A stretch of DNA of 64,000 nt from a virus (taxonomy: Duplodnaviria > Caudoviricetes). This document shows, one piece after another, positions 40,941 through 52,982 of the stretch (position 1 is the stretch's first letter; every line of letters begins with the position of its first letter). Below the pieces are notes generated by a model. It did no database searches, was not told the DNA's origin, and saw only the letters and a program-made list of their open reading frames with translations. The stretch lies in IMG/VR virus record IMGVR_UViG_3300021426_000067; one strand, 5' to 3'. Both the position numbers and the translations under genes were made by a program.

Positions 40941-42278
40941 ATGCACCAATCAGTTGCAACAATAGACTCTCCTCAATTCTTAAATCTTCAACCTCTTGAT
41001 ATTAACCCTTTAATGTCAAAATGTGAGATAAAAGTTCTTTATGTAGGAGCTAATAGAAACCGTAGTTTTATTACGGAAGAGGTTGCCGCGGAAATGGGTA
41101 AAACCTTACGTGGCGCGCCTATTGTGGGTTATTATCGTAAGAATAAGGAAGATTTTACAGATCATGGAGAAAAAGTTATTATTGATGATGAAGGAGTAAA
41201 GTTTGAGTGTCAAACGATTCCTTATGGTTTTGTTTCGCCAGATGCTAAAGTTTGGTTTCAAGATTTTGAGGATAATGATGGAATGGGTAATACAGTTACT
41301 CGTAAATATTTAATGACAACTGGTTACCTTTGGACTGGCCAATTCCCAGAATCCAGCTTACCTGTGGAATAGGGTCGTCCGCAATCTATGGAACTTTATG
41401 AAGATTCTGTTAAAGGATCTTGGCAAACAAATTATGATAAAGGAATGGACTTCTTTATTATAAATGATGCAATTATTCAAAAAATTTGTATCTTAGGAGA
41501 CGATGTTGAGCCTTGCTTCGAAGGCGCTTCTGTAACGGCTCCAGATGTAAGTACAAAATTTACATTAGACGACAAATTTAGGCACACACTTTATAGTATG
41601 ATGCAAGAATTAAAGAGTGCCTTAAACGGAGGAGGACAACAGATGGAAAATCTTGAAAACACTGTAACTGCTGAAGAACCTGTTGTTGATTTTACTCAGG
41701 AAAATGCAGCTACAGAAGTTGATGAGAACAAAGATGCTTCTATTCCCGCTGATTTCGTCAAAAAAGATGATGAAGAAAAAGAAGAGAAAAAACCTGCGGA
41801 AGAAGAGAAATCTTCAGATGAAGGAGATAAAGAAAAAGATTCTAAAGATAGTTCTGATGATAAAGAAGATGACGATGATGAAGATGATAAAAAGAAAAAA
41901 GATCAGAAATATGAACTTCTTGAATCTAAATATGCGGCTTTATAGGCTGCATATCAAACTCTTCAAGCCCAATGTGCAGAACTTATTGATTTCAAAAAAT
42001 CAATAGATAATCAGCGTAAGGATGAACTTATTGCAGAATTTTATATGCTTTCTGATGATGATAAAGCAGATGTTATTCGCAATAAATAGAAGTATTCTTT
42101 AGATGAGATTAAAGCTAAATTAGCAATTATTTGCTTTGATAGAAAAGTTAGTTTTAACCCTTCAGAACAGAAAAAAGAAGAAGAAGTTGTTACTTATTCT
42201 TTAAACAATAATGAAAATAACAGTCAACCAGAATGGGTGAGAGCTGTTAAAGAACAAGAAACACTACTTGGATATTAA
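40941..42278 (+). CDS. prohead protease / scaffold fusion, 3 in-frame TAG (445 aa)
   Basis: NRN..PIVG..H..QSMEL..CILG..PCF protease motifs, acidic linker, coiled-coil C-terminus. Confidence 0.75.
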
Positions 42279-42290
42279 TCTATTAGGAGG

Positions 42291-42899
42291 ATGCTAAAAA
42301 TGGCAATTGTAATGAAAAGAATAGGTTATGGACAGGTTGAGCCTAACCACCTTTCTGGTATTGTGACTGGTCAAATTTATGCTCAATTACCTGCTCAGAT
42401 TGCTACAACAACAGGTACAGGAGATACTGCCGTTACTACTATAACTCCTATTGCTCAACTTGAGCAAGGACAATTTGCAAAATATGATTATGCAAATGGC
42501 GCGGTTAACTTTACCGGTGATGGTGAATTTATGCTTGTCTATAATGAAGAAAAACTTTATGATGAAAGACAACAACATCATAAGGATTTCGTTTATAAAG
42601 CTACTGATTTTACTGATGGAAAATTATTCCCTCGTTTAATCAGAACTTATGTTGGAGATATTATGACAACTAATACCCTTGCTACTGCTAATACTTCCAA
42701 TGTTGCTGAGGTAAATTCTTCCCTTAGCGTTTCCGTTGGTAATTATCTGACCGTTGATTCAAACGGTTTCTTAGTAGTTGCTCAGTCTGGCAACTCTGCT
42801 GCTACTACAATGCCTTCAAGTGGTATGGTTTGGAAAGTTGTTAAAGAATACACAATGCCAGATGGACAACCTGGTATTAAAATTCAGAGAGTGCAATAA
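42291..42899 (+). CDS. capsid decoration / minor head protein
   Basis: between scaffold and MCP; no TAG. Confidence 0.6.
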   Translation: MLKMAIVMKRIGYGQVEPNHLSGIVTGQIYAQLPAQIATTTGTGDTAVTTITPIAQLEQGQFAKYDYANGAVNFTGDGEFMLVYNEEKLYDERQQHHKDFVYKATDFTDGKLFPRLIRTYVGDIMTTNTLATANTSNVAEVNSSLSVSVGNYLTVDSNGFLVVAQSGNSAATTMPSSGMVWKVVKEYTMPDGQPGIKIQRVQ

Positions 42900-42922
42900 T
42901 AAGGAATAGGAGGAAATAGAAA

Positions 42923-44011
42923 ATGGCATTAACAAGAGATCAACTTATTGAGTTAGCCAGAGCCAATGCGAGAGCTTCATTAAATCCTTCTGTCGCTTAC
43001 TCTTTTGGCGGAGAAAAACTGTCAGCAGAGGCACTGGATAAAACTTTTATTAAGGAGTTAAATGAATTAGGTGCAACTCCTCAAGCATTTAGAGAAAATA
43101 AAAATCTTATTTATACATTAATTGAAGTAAGCCTTACAGAGATTCTTCCGCCTAAGGTTCTTCAAAGCTACGGTCAATTCGCGGATGTTCAAACTTTTGC
43201 TCAAGGTACAAAACCTGTTTATAAAGTTAGAATTAGCGAGGCTTCTAAGAAACGTGCTAAACAATTCGTTACAAGAGTTGGTTTAGCTGGTCGTTATGAA
43301 GTCTTCAAACTTGATGGATATTCACTTGAAGTTCCTACAGCAGCTTTCGGAGGAGCTTCCAGGGTAGAATGGGAAGAACTTCTTGATGGTCGTATGACAA
43401 TGAGCGATTACTACAACTTAGTTCTTGAAGGAATGGACGAAGCTGTTTATCGTGAAATTGCGAAAGCTCTTGAAGCTACAGTTGCTGGTATTAAACCTGC
43501 AAATAAAACTGTCCAAACTGCTTTTAATGAAAAAGCTATGGATCAATTACTTATGACTGCAGATATGTATGGAAAGAGTTCAATTTATTGTACTTTTGAA
43601 TTTGCGGCAACTATGATTCCTGCAGCAAATAGTGGTATGTGGTCTGACAGTATGAAAGAGCAAATTTGGAACAATGGCGCATTTGCAAATTATAAAAACC
43701 ATTCAGTAATTATTCTCCCTCAATCTTTCACAGATGAGACTAATACTGAAAAAGTCATTGATCCTTCTTATGCTTGGATTATTCCTAATGGTGCGGAGAA
43801 ACCTGTAAAAGTTGCTTTTGAAGGTTCAGCACAAGTTAAATCATTTGAGAACCGTGACTGGTCAACAGAAATTCAGACATACCAAAAACTGGGTGTAGCT
43901 ACTTACATGATTAATCCTGGTATTTGCGTATATCAAAATACTTCTTTAAAGAAAGCTATCCATTATCCAATTGGATCTGATAACTTCGATCCCGTACCAG
44001 TTAATCCTTGA
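42923..44011 (+). CDS. major capsid protein
   Basis: 362 aa, strong AGGAGG RBS, synteny, followed by terminator; no TAG. Confidence 0.8.
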   Translation: MALTRDQLIELARANARASLNPSVAYSFGGEKLSAEALDKTFIKELNELGATPQAFRENKNLIYTLIEVSLTEILPPKVLQSYGQFADVQTFAQGTKPVYKVRISEASKKRAKQFVTRVGLAGRYEVFKLDGYSLEVPTAAFGGASRVEWEELLDGRMTMSDYYNLVLEGMDEAVYREIAKALEATVAGIKPANKTVQTAFNEKAMDQLLMTADMYGKSSIYCTFEFAATMIPAANSGMWSDSMKEQIWNNGAFANYKNHSVIILPQSFTDETNTEKVIDPSYAWIIPNGAEKPVKVAFEGSAQVKSFENRDWSTEIQTYQKLGVATYMINPGICVYQNTSLKKAIHYPIGSDNFDPVPVNP

Positions 44012-44032
44012 TGATTAAATAAAAATGTGAAT

Positions 44033-44065
44033 ATGGGGAGAATGAGTAATTCTCCCCATTTTTTT
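44033..44065 (+). terminator. intrinsic terminator
   Basis: ATGGGGAGAAT..ATTCTCCCCAT plus T tract. Confidence 0.8.
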
Positions 44066-44094
44066 ACTATAAGAGATAAAAGGAGTTTTTAAAT

Positions 44095-44667
44095 ATGATT
44101 AATAAAGATACATTAATAAAAGTTACTAATAAATATAATGGAACAGTGGGTTATGATGTTCCTGATTTAATGGTGCATAGAGAATTTTATCCAGGAGAGT
44201 ATAAAGAAATTACTTTTGAAGAATTAGAAAAACTTTCTTTTGCACCAGGCGGAGACGTTATTTTAAATCAATTTCTTGAAATTGATAATAAAGATGCGGT
44301 AATGAGTTTATTTGGAAAAGAACCAGAACCAGAATATTATTATACAAAAGCAGATATACAAGAGCTTATGTTGAAAGGTTCGTTAGACCAATTTTTAGAT
44401 TGTTTAGATTTTGCTCCAGAGTCAGTTAAAGAAATTATTAAAGACTTGGCGGTAGAATTACCTTTAAATGATGTAGCAAAAAGAGATGCCATTAGAGATA
44501 AAATGGGTTTTGATGTTTCAAAAGCAATTGAAATTAAAAATACTAAATTTGATGGCGGTGATGAAGATACTTCAGGAAATAAAACTCAGACAAAAAGACG
44601 TGCTCCCGCGCCTAAGGCGGCGCCCGCTCCATCAGGTCGTCGATACACTCCCGCTTCTAAAGAATAA
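44095..44667 (+). CDS. hypothetical virion-module protein
   Basis: 190 aa, AGGAG RBS. Confidence 0.65.
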   Translation: MINKDTLIKVTNKYNGTVGYDVPDLMVHREFYPGEYKEITFEELEKLSFAPGGDVILNQFLEIDNKDAVMSLFGKEPEPEYYYTKADIQELMLKGSLDQFLDCLDFAPESVKEIIKDLAVELPLNDVAKRDAIRDKMGFDVSKAIEIKNTKFDGGDEDTSGNKTQTKRRAPAPKAAPAPSGRRYTPASKE

Positions 44668-44688
44668 TTTTTTATAGGGGGTATATAA

Positions 44689-45246
44689 ATGAATACAACT
44701 TCTTTTTCACTTGTATATGACTCCTTCCTTTCAAAAATTACAGATGATATGTATTTAGAACTAACGGAGCTTGATACATTTAGAATGTTAGAACAGCTTT
44801 TATGTTCTGCTATTGAGAGATTTGAATTTCCACGAGTAAATATATGGGATTATGATTTATTTGAAATTGAAGATGAAAGAACTTATTGTGGCGTAGAAAG
44901 CCAAAATATAGAAGTCCCAGTAATTATTTATAGTGGAGGATATTTTAATAATCCGTTGACGCATGAAGAAATTAATATATTATCTCATTATATGATTGTA
45001 GAATGGTTAAGTCAACAACTTGCCAGTGTAGAAAATACACGCATGAAATATAGTGGTTCAGATTTTAAATTTACCTCTCAAGCAAATCATATGCAAAAAC
45101 TTCTTCAATTGAAAAAGGATTATGAAAGAGAGGGCTTTCATCTTCAACGTTTATATAAAAGAAGAAAACAGGATAAAAATGGCATTATGAGATCTACTTT
45201 TGATGTTATTATGCGACCTGTGACTTATACAACTGATTTAAATTAA
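44689..45246 (+). CDS. putative head-tail adaptor
   Basis: synteny; helical 185 aa. Confidence 0.55.
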   Translation: MNTTSFSLVYDSFLSKITDDMYLELTELDTFRMLEQLLCSAIERFEFPRVNIWDYDLFEIEDERTYCGVESQNIEVPVIIYSGGYFNNPLTHEEINILSHYMIVEWLSQQLASVENTRMKYSGSDFKFTSQANHMQKLLQLKKDYEREGFHLQRLYKRRKQDKNGIMRSTFDVIMRPVTYTTDLN

Positions 45247-45270
45247 TTTTAAAATTGGAGGGTAAAATTA

Positions 45271-46623
45271 ATGGCTTAGATTTCAAAAATTACCTTACCT
45301 TCTGGTGTTACGTATGACTTAAAAGACGCCCAAGCGCGTTCAGACATTGAGGCTTTACAAACCAGTGTTACAGGTGGTATGCACTATATTGGTGTTACCA
45401 CAACTGCATTAACAGATGGAGCAACTACAAATCCTATTAAAATTAATAATGCTGATGTTACTCCTAAAGCGGGTGACATTGTTATGTATGGAAGTTTAGA
45501 ATTTGTATGGGCAAGTAGTGATGGAAAATGGCATGAATTTGGTTCAACAGGCTCTTTAAAAAGTTTAGCTTTTAAAGATAGTGCTTCTGGAAGTTATACT
45601 CCAGAAGGAAGTGTTTCACCTACTTTTAAAGGCTCTCAAACAGGAGTTACTATTACAGTAGCAAATAATACAAGCGGAAATTATACACCTGCAGGAACTA
45701 TTACTGCTCCAACTTTTACAGGACAGTCAATGACTTCAACTGGGTCTTATACTCCTGCGGGAACTGTCGATATTAGTGTTACTAAAACTGAAGGACAATC
45801 TGTTACAGTTTCGGCGGCTTCTTCAGGTACTATAACATATACTCCTAAGGGAAGTATTGGTACTATTAATTTTACTGGTGAAAATACTGCTTTCTCTGGG
45901 ACTTATACTCCAAGTGGAACAGTAAGACTTACTGGAAAAACTCCTACAACTACAACAGTTTCTTCTGCTAATTCTGGAACTGCGACTTACACTCCTGCGG
46001 GTAGTATTCAAGTTCCTATAAAAGTAAAAACTGCGGGGACTACAGCTACAATAAAAAATCCTTCTACAATTCGAACTGTAGCAAAAACTGTAGTGGCTGC
46101 CGCGCCAGGAGCAACTGCGCCAAGTAATAATTTAACTTATTATAATGTAACAGGAGAAACTTTATCTTTATACCAATTAGGCTATACAACGGATGCGGCT
46201 ATTTCAACCAGTAATGTAACTGTAAAAACAGGAGACGCAGCATATGAGGCTGACTCTCCTACTTTCCAAGGAACTGGAGCCAGATTAGTTACAGATAGTT
46301 TCGATATCCCTACAACAGCTGCTTTTGAAGGAACAGAGGGAACTGTAAATGTTTCAGGAACTCCGCTTGGAAGTGTAAATACTCCAGCCTTCACAGGAAC
46401 TGGAGTTAGACTTGTTACAGGAAGTATTTCTGTTCCTAAGACTATTTCTGGTGGATTCCATGGAACAGAAGCTACTATTTCTGTTACTGGAACTACAACA
46501 GGACAAGTAGGAGCACCTACATTTAATGGTACTAAAGTTCAAATTAGTGGTACAACAACTGCGGCAGGTACTATTGAAAATACTGAATTTGTTGGTACAC
46601 CAAAAACTGTTACAGTATCTTAA
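45271..46623 (+). CDS. Thr/Gly-rich repetitive structural protein (head fibre/decoration), TAG at codon 3
   Basis: GGAGG RBS before ATG GCT TAG ATT; repeated YTPxG and PxFxG motifs. Confidence 0.7.
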
Positions 46624-46644
46624 TAAGGAAGGAGGGCGCCGATT

Positions 46645-46794
46645 ATGGCAGATATTTCAGAAATTATCCTTCCTAACGGAAATCAATATGATTTAAAAGA
46701 TAAATTGGCAGCGCATGTTGTATTTTCATAGACTCAACCGACAACCCAAAAAACTGGTGACGTTTGGGTAATTATAGAAGAAGTTGAAACATAA
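46645..46794 (+). CDS. 49 aa protein sharing N-terminus with 45271 gene, 1 in-frame TAG
   Basis: MADISEIILPNGNQYDLKD versus MA*ISKITLPSGVTYDLKD. Confidence 0.6.
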
Positions 46795-46825
46795 GGGCGT
46801 CATTGGAAATTTGGAGGGTTAAGTT

Positions 46826-47155
46826 ATGATATTAAAATATAATATAGATATAGGAAATAATGTAATTTCCCATAGATTGCAAAATCTTATTAATCAAATT
46901 TATAAACTCCTACCCAGTCGAGAAGAAGGAATAGATTGGGAAAAACCTTTAGAAACTATTATGGAAGAATTAGCGGGATTAGAAAGATTAATGGATGGCG
47001 GCTATCCGGAAATCTTTCTTCCGCTACTTAGTAAATTAGAAGGACTCTTTTTATTAACTGACGTTGAAGATTTTTCTTGTTATAGAAGAACTATTTTTGA
47101 ATGTTTAGGATTAATGAATGAGTTAAAGAAAGAATTATGTCCTTAGAATTATTAA
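46826..47155 (+). CDS. hypothetical virion-module protein
   Basis: TAG 47144 followed three codons later by TAA 47153. Confidence 0.6.
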
Positions 47156-48120
47156 ATAAAAGATTACAATATCAGGGCGGTAATCAATAGCAAAGATTCA
47201 TTAATGATAAATTAAGAGGTTTAAAACGCGCCCTGTTATATTCTTATCAAGCCGCGACCGCTATTTTAGCAGATGGTAAAGAGTTTAGATGTTTGATTAA
47301 TCCAGATAAAAATAAGCCTGCTTATGATAATAAAATTCTTTCAATCCCATATAAAGATATTTGTTTAAATATGCCAAGAATAGGTAAAACTATTGAAGGA
47401 GAAATTCCTATTGATATTAAACCTGGTGATGTTTTTGTTTGGAAAGAAACAAATACTCATTGGTTAGTTTATTTATAGTATATTGAAGAGGATGCTTATT
47501 TTCGTTCATAGATTCGTAGATGCGATCAATAGATAAAAGTAAATAATGAAGAATATTGGGTTTATATTAGAGGTCCTGTTGAAACATCGATAGAATGGAC
47601 TCAGAAGTCAGGAATAGAATGGAATACATTAAACTATTCTTTAGTTATGTATATAACCGCTGATGAAAATACTAATAATTATTTTGAAAGATTTCAAACT
47701 GTAAAAGTAATAGACCCAAGATATAATACAGAAAAAACTTGGCAAATAGTAGGCGTTGATCCTTATTATGGTGATGGTATTTTACAAATCTTTTTAGATG
47801 AATTTTTTGAGAATCCTATTGCAGATGCTGAAAAAGAATATCAAAAAGAACATTATAAATAGAAAATAATAGATGAAACACAACCTTATATCAGCGGCCC
47901 CACAACTGTTTCACAATATAGTAAAGCATATTTTGAAATTCATAATGTGAGTAATGGGCACTGGTACTTAAAATGGGATGGAAAAGAACAAGATTTGCAT
48001 AGTTCTTTAAATATTATTCCGTTAAATATTTCTATGGGAAAATTAGGAATATTTACGTTAATATATAGAATCGAGGGGTAGGAAGATATTACTCTTGATG
48101 TCAAGATTACCGCTCTATAA
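47137..48120 (+). CDS. putative head-closure/neck protein, 6 in-frame TAG
   Basis: one frame joins 47293-47478 and 47647-47862; synteny. Confidence 0.65.
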
Positions 48121-48149
48121 GGAAGAGATAAAAGGAGTAGACAAAACAT

Positions 48150-48755
48150 ATGAAAAAAGATTTAGCTTTAAGACCAACTGATTTTACTTCATCTTTTTTA
48201 TCATGTGAAAAAGATTTAGAATCAATTTTAAGAAAATTGTTTGTAGAAAGTCAACCTTATAGTAATTAGCTAAAAAAATTATTAGTTATTAACACTAAGG
48301 ATTGTTTAGATAATAAAACCAGTTAGGTTTATAATAATGCAATAAAAGATATGAGTCTTGCAAAATTGCGGGAATAGGGTTATATTAAATTTGAACCTAA
48401 AGTAAAAATGCCAGAACATGAAGATATAAAAAGTTATTTAATTTTTTCTTTTGATAATTTTAAATCTAATTATAATAATCCTCAATTTAGAGATTGTAAT
48501 GTTTATATTGATGTTCTTTGTCATACTGACTATTGGGATTTAGGAGGTTTTAGGCTTAGACCTTTAAAGATTTGCGGTTATATTGATGGCATTTTAAATA
48601 ATGCGCGTTTATCAGGAATTGGAATGTTTCAGTTTTCGGGATGTAATGAATTAGTTCTTGATGAAACTCTATCTGGTTATACATTATCTTATGCCGCTAT
48701 TCATGGCACAGACGATGTTTTACCAAGTCAGCATAATTGGGTGAAGAATGGTTGA
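48150..48755 (+). CDS. putative tail completion/terminator protein, 3 in-frame TAG
   Basis: AGGAG RBS, in frame with 48408-48755. Confidence 0.6.
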
Positions 48756-49500
48756 TGAATTACTTTTATTATCAGGTAATGATATACCCTTTCCCGAAGC
48801 AAAATTAACGATTCATCAACCGCGTTTAAAAGAAATTGCATATCTTACTTAGACTAACTTTTGGCCAAGCTGTTAGTTATTAAAATTTAATAAAGAATCT
48901 TTAATAGATTAGGACAGAATTGGATTAACGAATATGTCAAATTTTAATATAATAATGACGATAGTTCAAGGGAAAGATTTAGAAGCAAGACAAGCAAAAA
49001 TAAATATGCTTTCTCTTTTGACTTTATTATTTCCTACAAGCGAGATTATTTTAAATAAGAAAGTAATTCAAATACGAAATGTTTAGACTGGTGAAACAAG
49101 TTAGATTAATTAGTAGAATTATGATTCTTTTAAAAAAATCTTAGTTACAATGTTTTGTCTCACGAATAAAGATAATGAATAGTATAATCCAAGCGGTGAC
49201 TTAGCTCGTAAAATTGCTAATAAAATTAAGCAAGGTAGAGAGCAAAGGGCGAAGCTGGCGCCAGAAGGTAAAGTTGCTATTTTAAGTCGTTATGTATCTA
49301 TTCTTGCTGTTGGTTAGCAGAAAGATATGAATGACTTAATGAATTATACTGTTTATCAACTCATGGATGAATTTAACCGTTTTAATTTAAAACTTCAATA
49401 TGATTCTTGGTAGAAATTTAAAATTGCGGGAGCCACAGGGATGAAAGATCCAGAAGATTGGCTAAAAGACATTCATGAAATAATAAATAATGAAACATAA
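48748..49500 (+). CDS. virion-module protein with 10 in-frame TAG including TAG-TAG (250 aa)
   Basis: 753 bp with no TAA/TGA in frame; fills the gap before the tail tube gene; missing from ORF track. Confidence 0.7.
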
Positions 49501-49532
49501 TATTTTGTACAAAATATAAGGAGGAAATCCAA

Positions 49533-50486
49533 ATGAAATTTGGTTTACGTGAAATTGCTAATGTAGTTTTCAAAGCAAAAAACGACCAGCAGATCGGACC
49601 TTATACATTTAAAAAGGGACAACCTGTGTTTTATATTGATTCTGCAAAAACATCAACTGTAGAAGGAGCAGCTACTACAGTATATGCAACTGGTGGACGC
49701 GGTAACACTCGTTTAATTGCTTGGGAAGGTGAAAAAACTTTAACATTTACTGTTGAAGATGCTCTTCTTTCTCCTGTAAGTTTCTCAATGCTTTCTGGTG
49801 CTGGTCTTTTGAAAGGTGCTGCTGATTCTACAAACAAAATTCATTTCCATCAAACTACTAATGCTGTTATTAGTACAGCTCAAGGTGGCGGAAAAGAGAT
49901 TGATTTAACAGATGCTTTAGAGAGTGGAGAGGAAATTTGTGGAACTGCTCCTATTTATGTTATCAAATTAGATGAATTTGGTGATTTAACTGGTGAAATT
50001 ATTGAAGGATGCACTGTTGCAACAGGTGGTAAAAAAGTTACTCTTGGACAAGACGCAACTGCAACAGGACCTGTTATGGTTGACTACTATGTATTAAAGA
50101 ATGAAGGTACTGTATCAGAACTTCAAATTGATGCTGGTAACTTTGGTGGATATTACTACGTAGAAGCCGATACATTATTCAGACGTCAGGCGGACGGTAA
50201 AGACTTACCTGCTAATATTACATTCCCTAACGTTAAAATTCAGTCTAACTGGACATTCACAATGGCGGCTACTGGTGATCCAAGTACATTTACATTTACT
50301 ATGGATGCGTTCCCTGGTTATACATATTTTAACCGTACTAACAAAGTGCTTTGCGCTATCCAAATCGTAGATGATGCGACAGAAGTTAAATCTAATGTTA
50401 AACCTCTGTTCCCTCATCCTGCTGGATTTGATATTGACGAATCTAAAACAGATTCTGTTTCGGGATCAGATGAATCTAATATTTGA
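49533..50486 (+). CDS. major tail (tube) protein
   Basis: 317 aa, AGGAGG RBS, FTMAATGDPSTFTFTMD motif, terminator follows; no TAG. Confidence 0.7.
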   Translation: MKFGLREIANVVFKAKNDQQIGPYTFKKGQPVFYIDSAKTSTVEGAATTVYATGGRGNTRLIAWEGEKTLTFTVEDALLSPVSFSMLSGAGLLKGAADSTNKIHFHQTTNAVISTAQGGGKEIDLTDALESGEEICGTAPIYVIKLDEFGDLTGEIIEGCTVATGGKKVTLGQDATATGPVMVDYYVLKNEGTVSELQIDAGNFGGYYYVEADTLFRRQADGKDLPANITFPNVKIQSNWTFTMAATGDPSTFTFTMDAFPGYTYFNRTNKVLCAIQIVDDATEVKSNVKPLFPHPAGFDIDESKTDSVSGSDESNI

Positions 50487-50506
50487 TACTAATTAACAAT
50501 TAAATA

Positions 50507-50536
50507 AGGGGAACTTTTATAGTTCCCCTCTTTTTT
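50507..50536 (+). terminator. intrinsic terminator
   Basis: AGGGGAACT..AGTTCCCCT plus T tract. Confidence 0.8.
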
Positions 50537-50551
50537 ATTAGAGGAAAAAAT

Positions 50552-51901
50552 ATGAGTGCTTTAGGAGATTATATTCATTTATATACTTCACATTATTTAG
50601 ACCACGGTACAAAAAGAAAAACTGGATCAAATGAACCTAACTATAGTATAGATATAATTAATAATAGAATAACAACAAATGTTAAACCTATTAATTTATC
50701 AGCAATTAGTGAGCTTGAAAGAAAATTAAAATTAAATTCTGATTTAAAAGAAAATCAAGAATTAACTAAAGCTGAAGAATAGAGACAAAGATTAATAGAT
50801 ATTTGTTATCAATTATTATATGAACGAAGTCAAAGAATAGATGGAATTAAAAGAGTGGCAAAAGTTGCTAAGGGTGGTGAAATATTTTCTAAAGGTGGTA
50901 AGAAAATCGCCTTAGGAGATCAAACTTGGGCAGCGCATATGACTCATGCACAATTAAAATAGCTTAGTGAAAAAGCTAATGCTATATATCGTGAAATTCA
51001 AAAATTAATAAATAAAATTAATAATACTTATGGACCATATTCTTATGATGATTTTACAAAACTTGTATCTTTATTTAATGAATATACTCATTTAGCTAAA
51101 GACCCAGATAGTTCTACAATGGGTGAAATTTTACGAGCTTTAAAAGTTTATAGATATAAAGGTGCAGTAAATGAAATTTCAGGCAACTTTGGAGAAATGA
51201 TGGTAGCTATTTGTGATGATGCTTGTAACGATTTAGCTGAAGAATAGGTAAAAAAAGTAATAACTGAAGCTATTGTTGGACAGTAGAGAACAGCTATTAG
51301 ATTTAATAAAAATTTAATTTCTACTGGTTATAATTTCATGGGAACTAATCCTGATGATCAAAACCAATATTCTTTAGGATCAACGCAAAATAAAGTAGAT
51401 GTGCGAATAAAAATAAATGATGAAAATGTTTATGCAAGTGTAAAAACTTCTCAAGATGTTTCTAAAAATCCTCGTCCAAAATTACAAGATGTTAATTTAT
51501 TAGTTTCTTTAACTTTTTTAAACAGTTATCCTGGATTAGAAGATTTTGGTAACCATTGGTTAAATATGCACGTTATGCACACAAGTCATAATAAACAAAA
51601 GATATTAGATGAAATACTTAAAAAAGAAATTGCTTATGAGGCGCTTTCAAGTGGTAACCCTTTTAAACAAAACGTAGAAAGTGCAAATGTTTTTGTATAC
51701 ATTAACAGAGCAAATGGAAAAGTATATGTTCAATCAGTTCAAAAACTTTTAGATGATATGGATAGAATAGGTGGATTAAAAGAAATACCACAATTACATT
51801 TTAAAAATGAAAGACAAGATGAAATATGGCAACGTATCAATGATATTTTGGCTCAAGTTCATGCAACAAAATTACAAGTTGCTATGAATATTATTTATTA
51901 A
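50552..51901 (+). CDS. hypothetical protein, 4 in-frame TAG (449 aa)
   Basis: 50552-50782 and 51338-51901 in one frame; GNFGE..KVDV..SVK could be PD-(D/E)XK-like. Confidence 0.6.
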
Positions 51902-51929
51902 TAAAAAAGAGATAAAAGGAGATTTTATT

Positions 51930-52493
51930 ATGAAAGTATCTTATGCTAATATGAAATTAAAAGTAAATACAGATGTTAATACTTTTGATTTTCATGGACA
52001 AACAATAGAAGTGTTAAAATATCTTCCTGCAAGAGATAAATATGATTTATTAATGATTACTTTGCAGAAAGCATAGAACGCAGATGGTACATATAATGAT
52101 TTTTTATTAAATCTTTATTTTGAATTAAATTTAGTTTATATGTATACTAATATTTCTTTTACAGAAAAACAGCGGGAAGATGAATTTAAACTATATGATT
52201 CTTTACAAAGTAATGGCTTTTTTAAAGAATTTTATGGAGCAATCGACGAAGATGAATATAATGAGTTGTATACACAACTTAATACTATAAAAAATACTAA
52301 TACTATTAATAGAAATAGTGTAGGCGGACTTCTTAATAAAGTTATTAGCGACCTTCCTGCAAATGCAGAAGCAGCTGCTAAGATTGTTGAAAACTTCGAT
52401 CCAAATCAATTTAAGTCAGTTGTTGATTTTGCAACATGGGCAAATGGTGGAAGAAGTATTGTAACTAATCAACCAATGCCGCCTATGAATTAA
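51930..52493 (+). CDS. hypothetical protein (possible tail assembly chaperone), 1 in-frame TAG
   Basis: AGGAG RBS, in frame with 52140-52493. Confidence 0.6.
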
Positions 52494-52534
52494 AAAGAGG
52501 GCAGATGATTAATCATCTGCCCTTTTATTTTTTT
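52494..52534. terminator. bidirectional terminator between convergent modules
   Basis: AGGGCAGATGATT-AATCATCTGCCCT flanked by A and T tracts. Confidence 0.8.
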
Positions 52535-52535
52535 A

Positions 52536-52982
52536 TTAAAATTTTCCTGAATCACCAAATCCGCCAGCTCCACGGTTTGTATCTGATAAATCTTTTACTT
52601 CAATAAAATCCATTTCAAAATATGGAAGAAGAATCATTTGAGCAATTCTTTCGCCAGGTTCAATACTTTGTATTTCATCAGTATCATTATGAACTGCTAC
52701 AATGTATTCTCCTCGATAATCTGAATCACAAATACCCACACAGTTAGCGGGGCGGAGTCCGCGTTTAGTAGCAATACCAGATCGCGCCACCAATGCTGCA
52801 AAAGTTCCATGCGGTAGTGCGAATGAAAGTCCCGTTCCGATCTTTACAGTAGAATGAGGAGCAATATTAATAACATGATCAGTGGCTGCATATAAGTCAT
52901 AACCTGCCGCACATTCACTTCCTCTTGTTGGAGTTTTAGCTAAATTATTTAATTTTTTAAAATCAACTCGTGTAAATTGCAT
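52536..52982 (-). CDS. dut: trimeric dUTPase
   Basis: AGYDL, ARSG, GICDSDYRGE, RIAQ, RGAGGFGDSG motifs. Confidence 0.95.
   Translation of the reverse strand: MQFTRVDFKKLNNLAKTPTRGSECAAGYDLYAATDHVINIAPHSTVKIGTGLSFALPHGTFAALVARSGIATKRGLRPANCVGICDSDYRGEYIVAVHNDTDEIQSIEPGERIAQMILLPYFEMDFIEVKDLSDTNRGAGGFGDSGKF

Noticed and set aside
45379-46623. Diversity-generating retroelement target
   Set aside because: Repeats are protein-level YTPxG motifs; no template/variable repeat pair or reverse transcriptase seen.
37081-49500. Pyrrolysine decoding of TAG
   Set aside because: TAGs are too frequent, occur in tandem and fall at acidic/amide positions; no pyl genes seen in the window.
34571-52493. Decayed prophage pseudogenes or sequencing errors explaining the fragmented structural genes
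   Set aside because: Every interruption is TAG, with no frameshifts or internal TAA/TGA; motifs, RBSs and gene junctions are intact.
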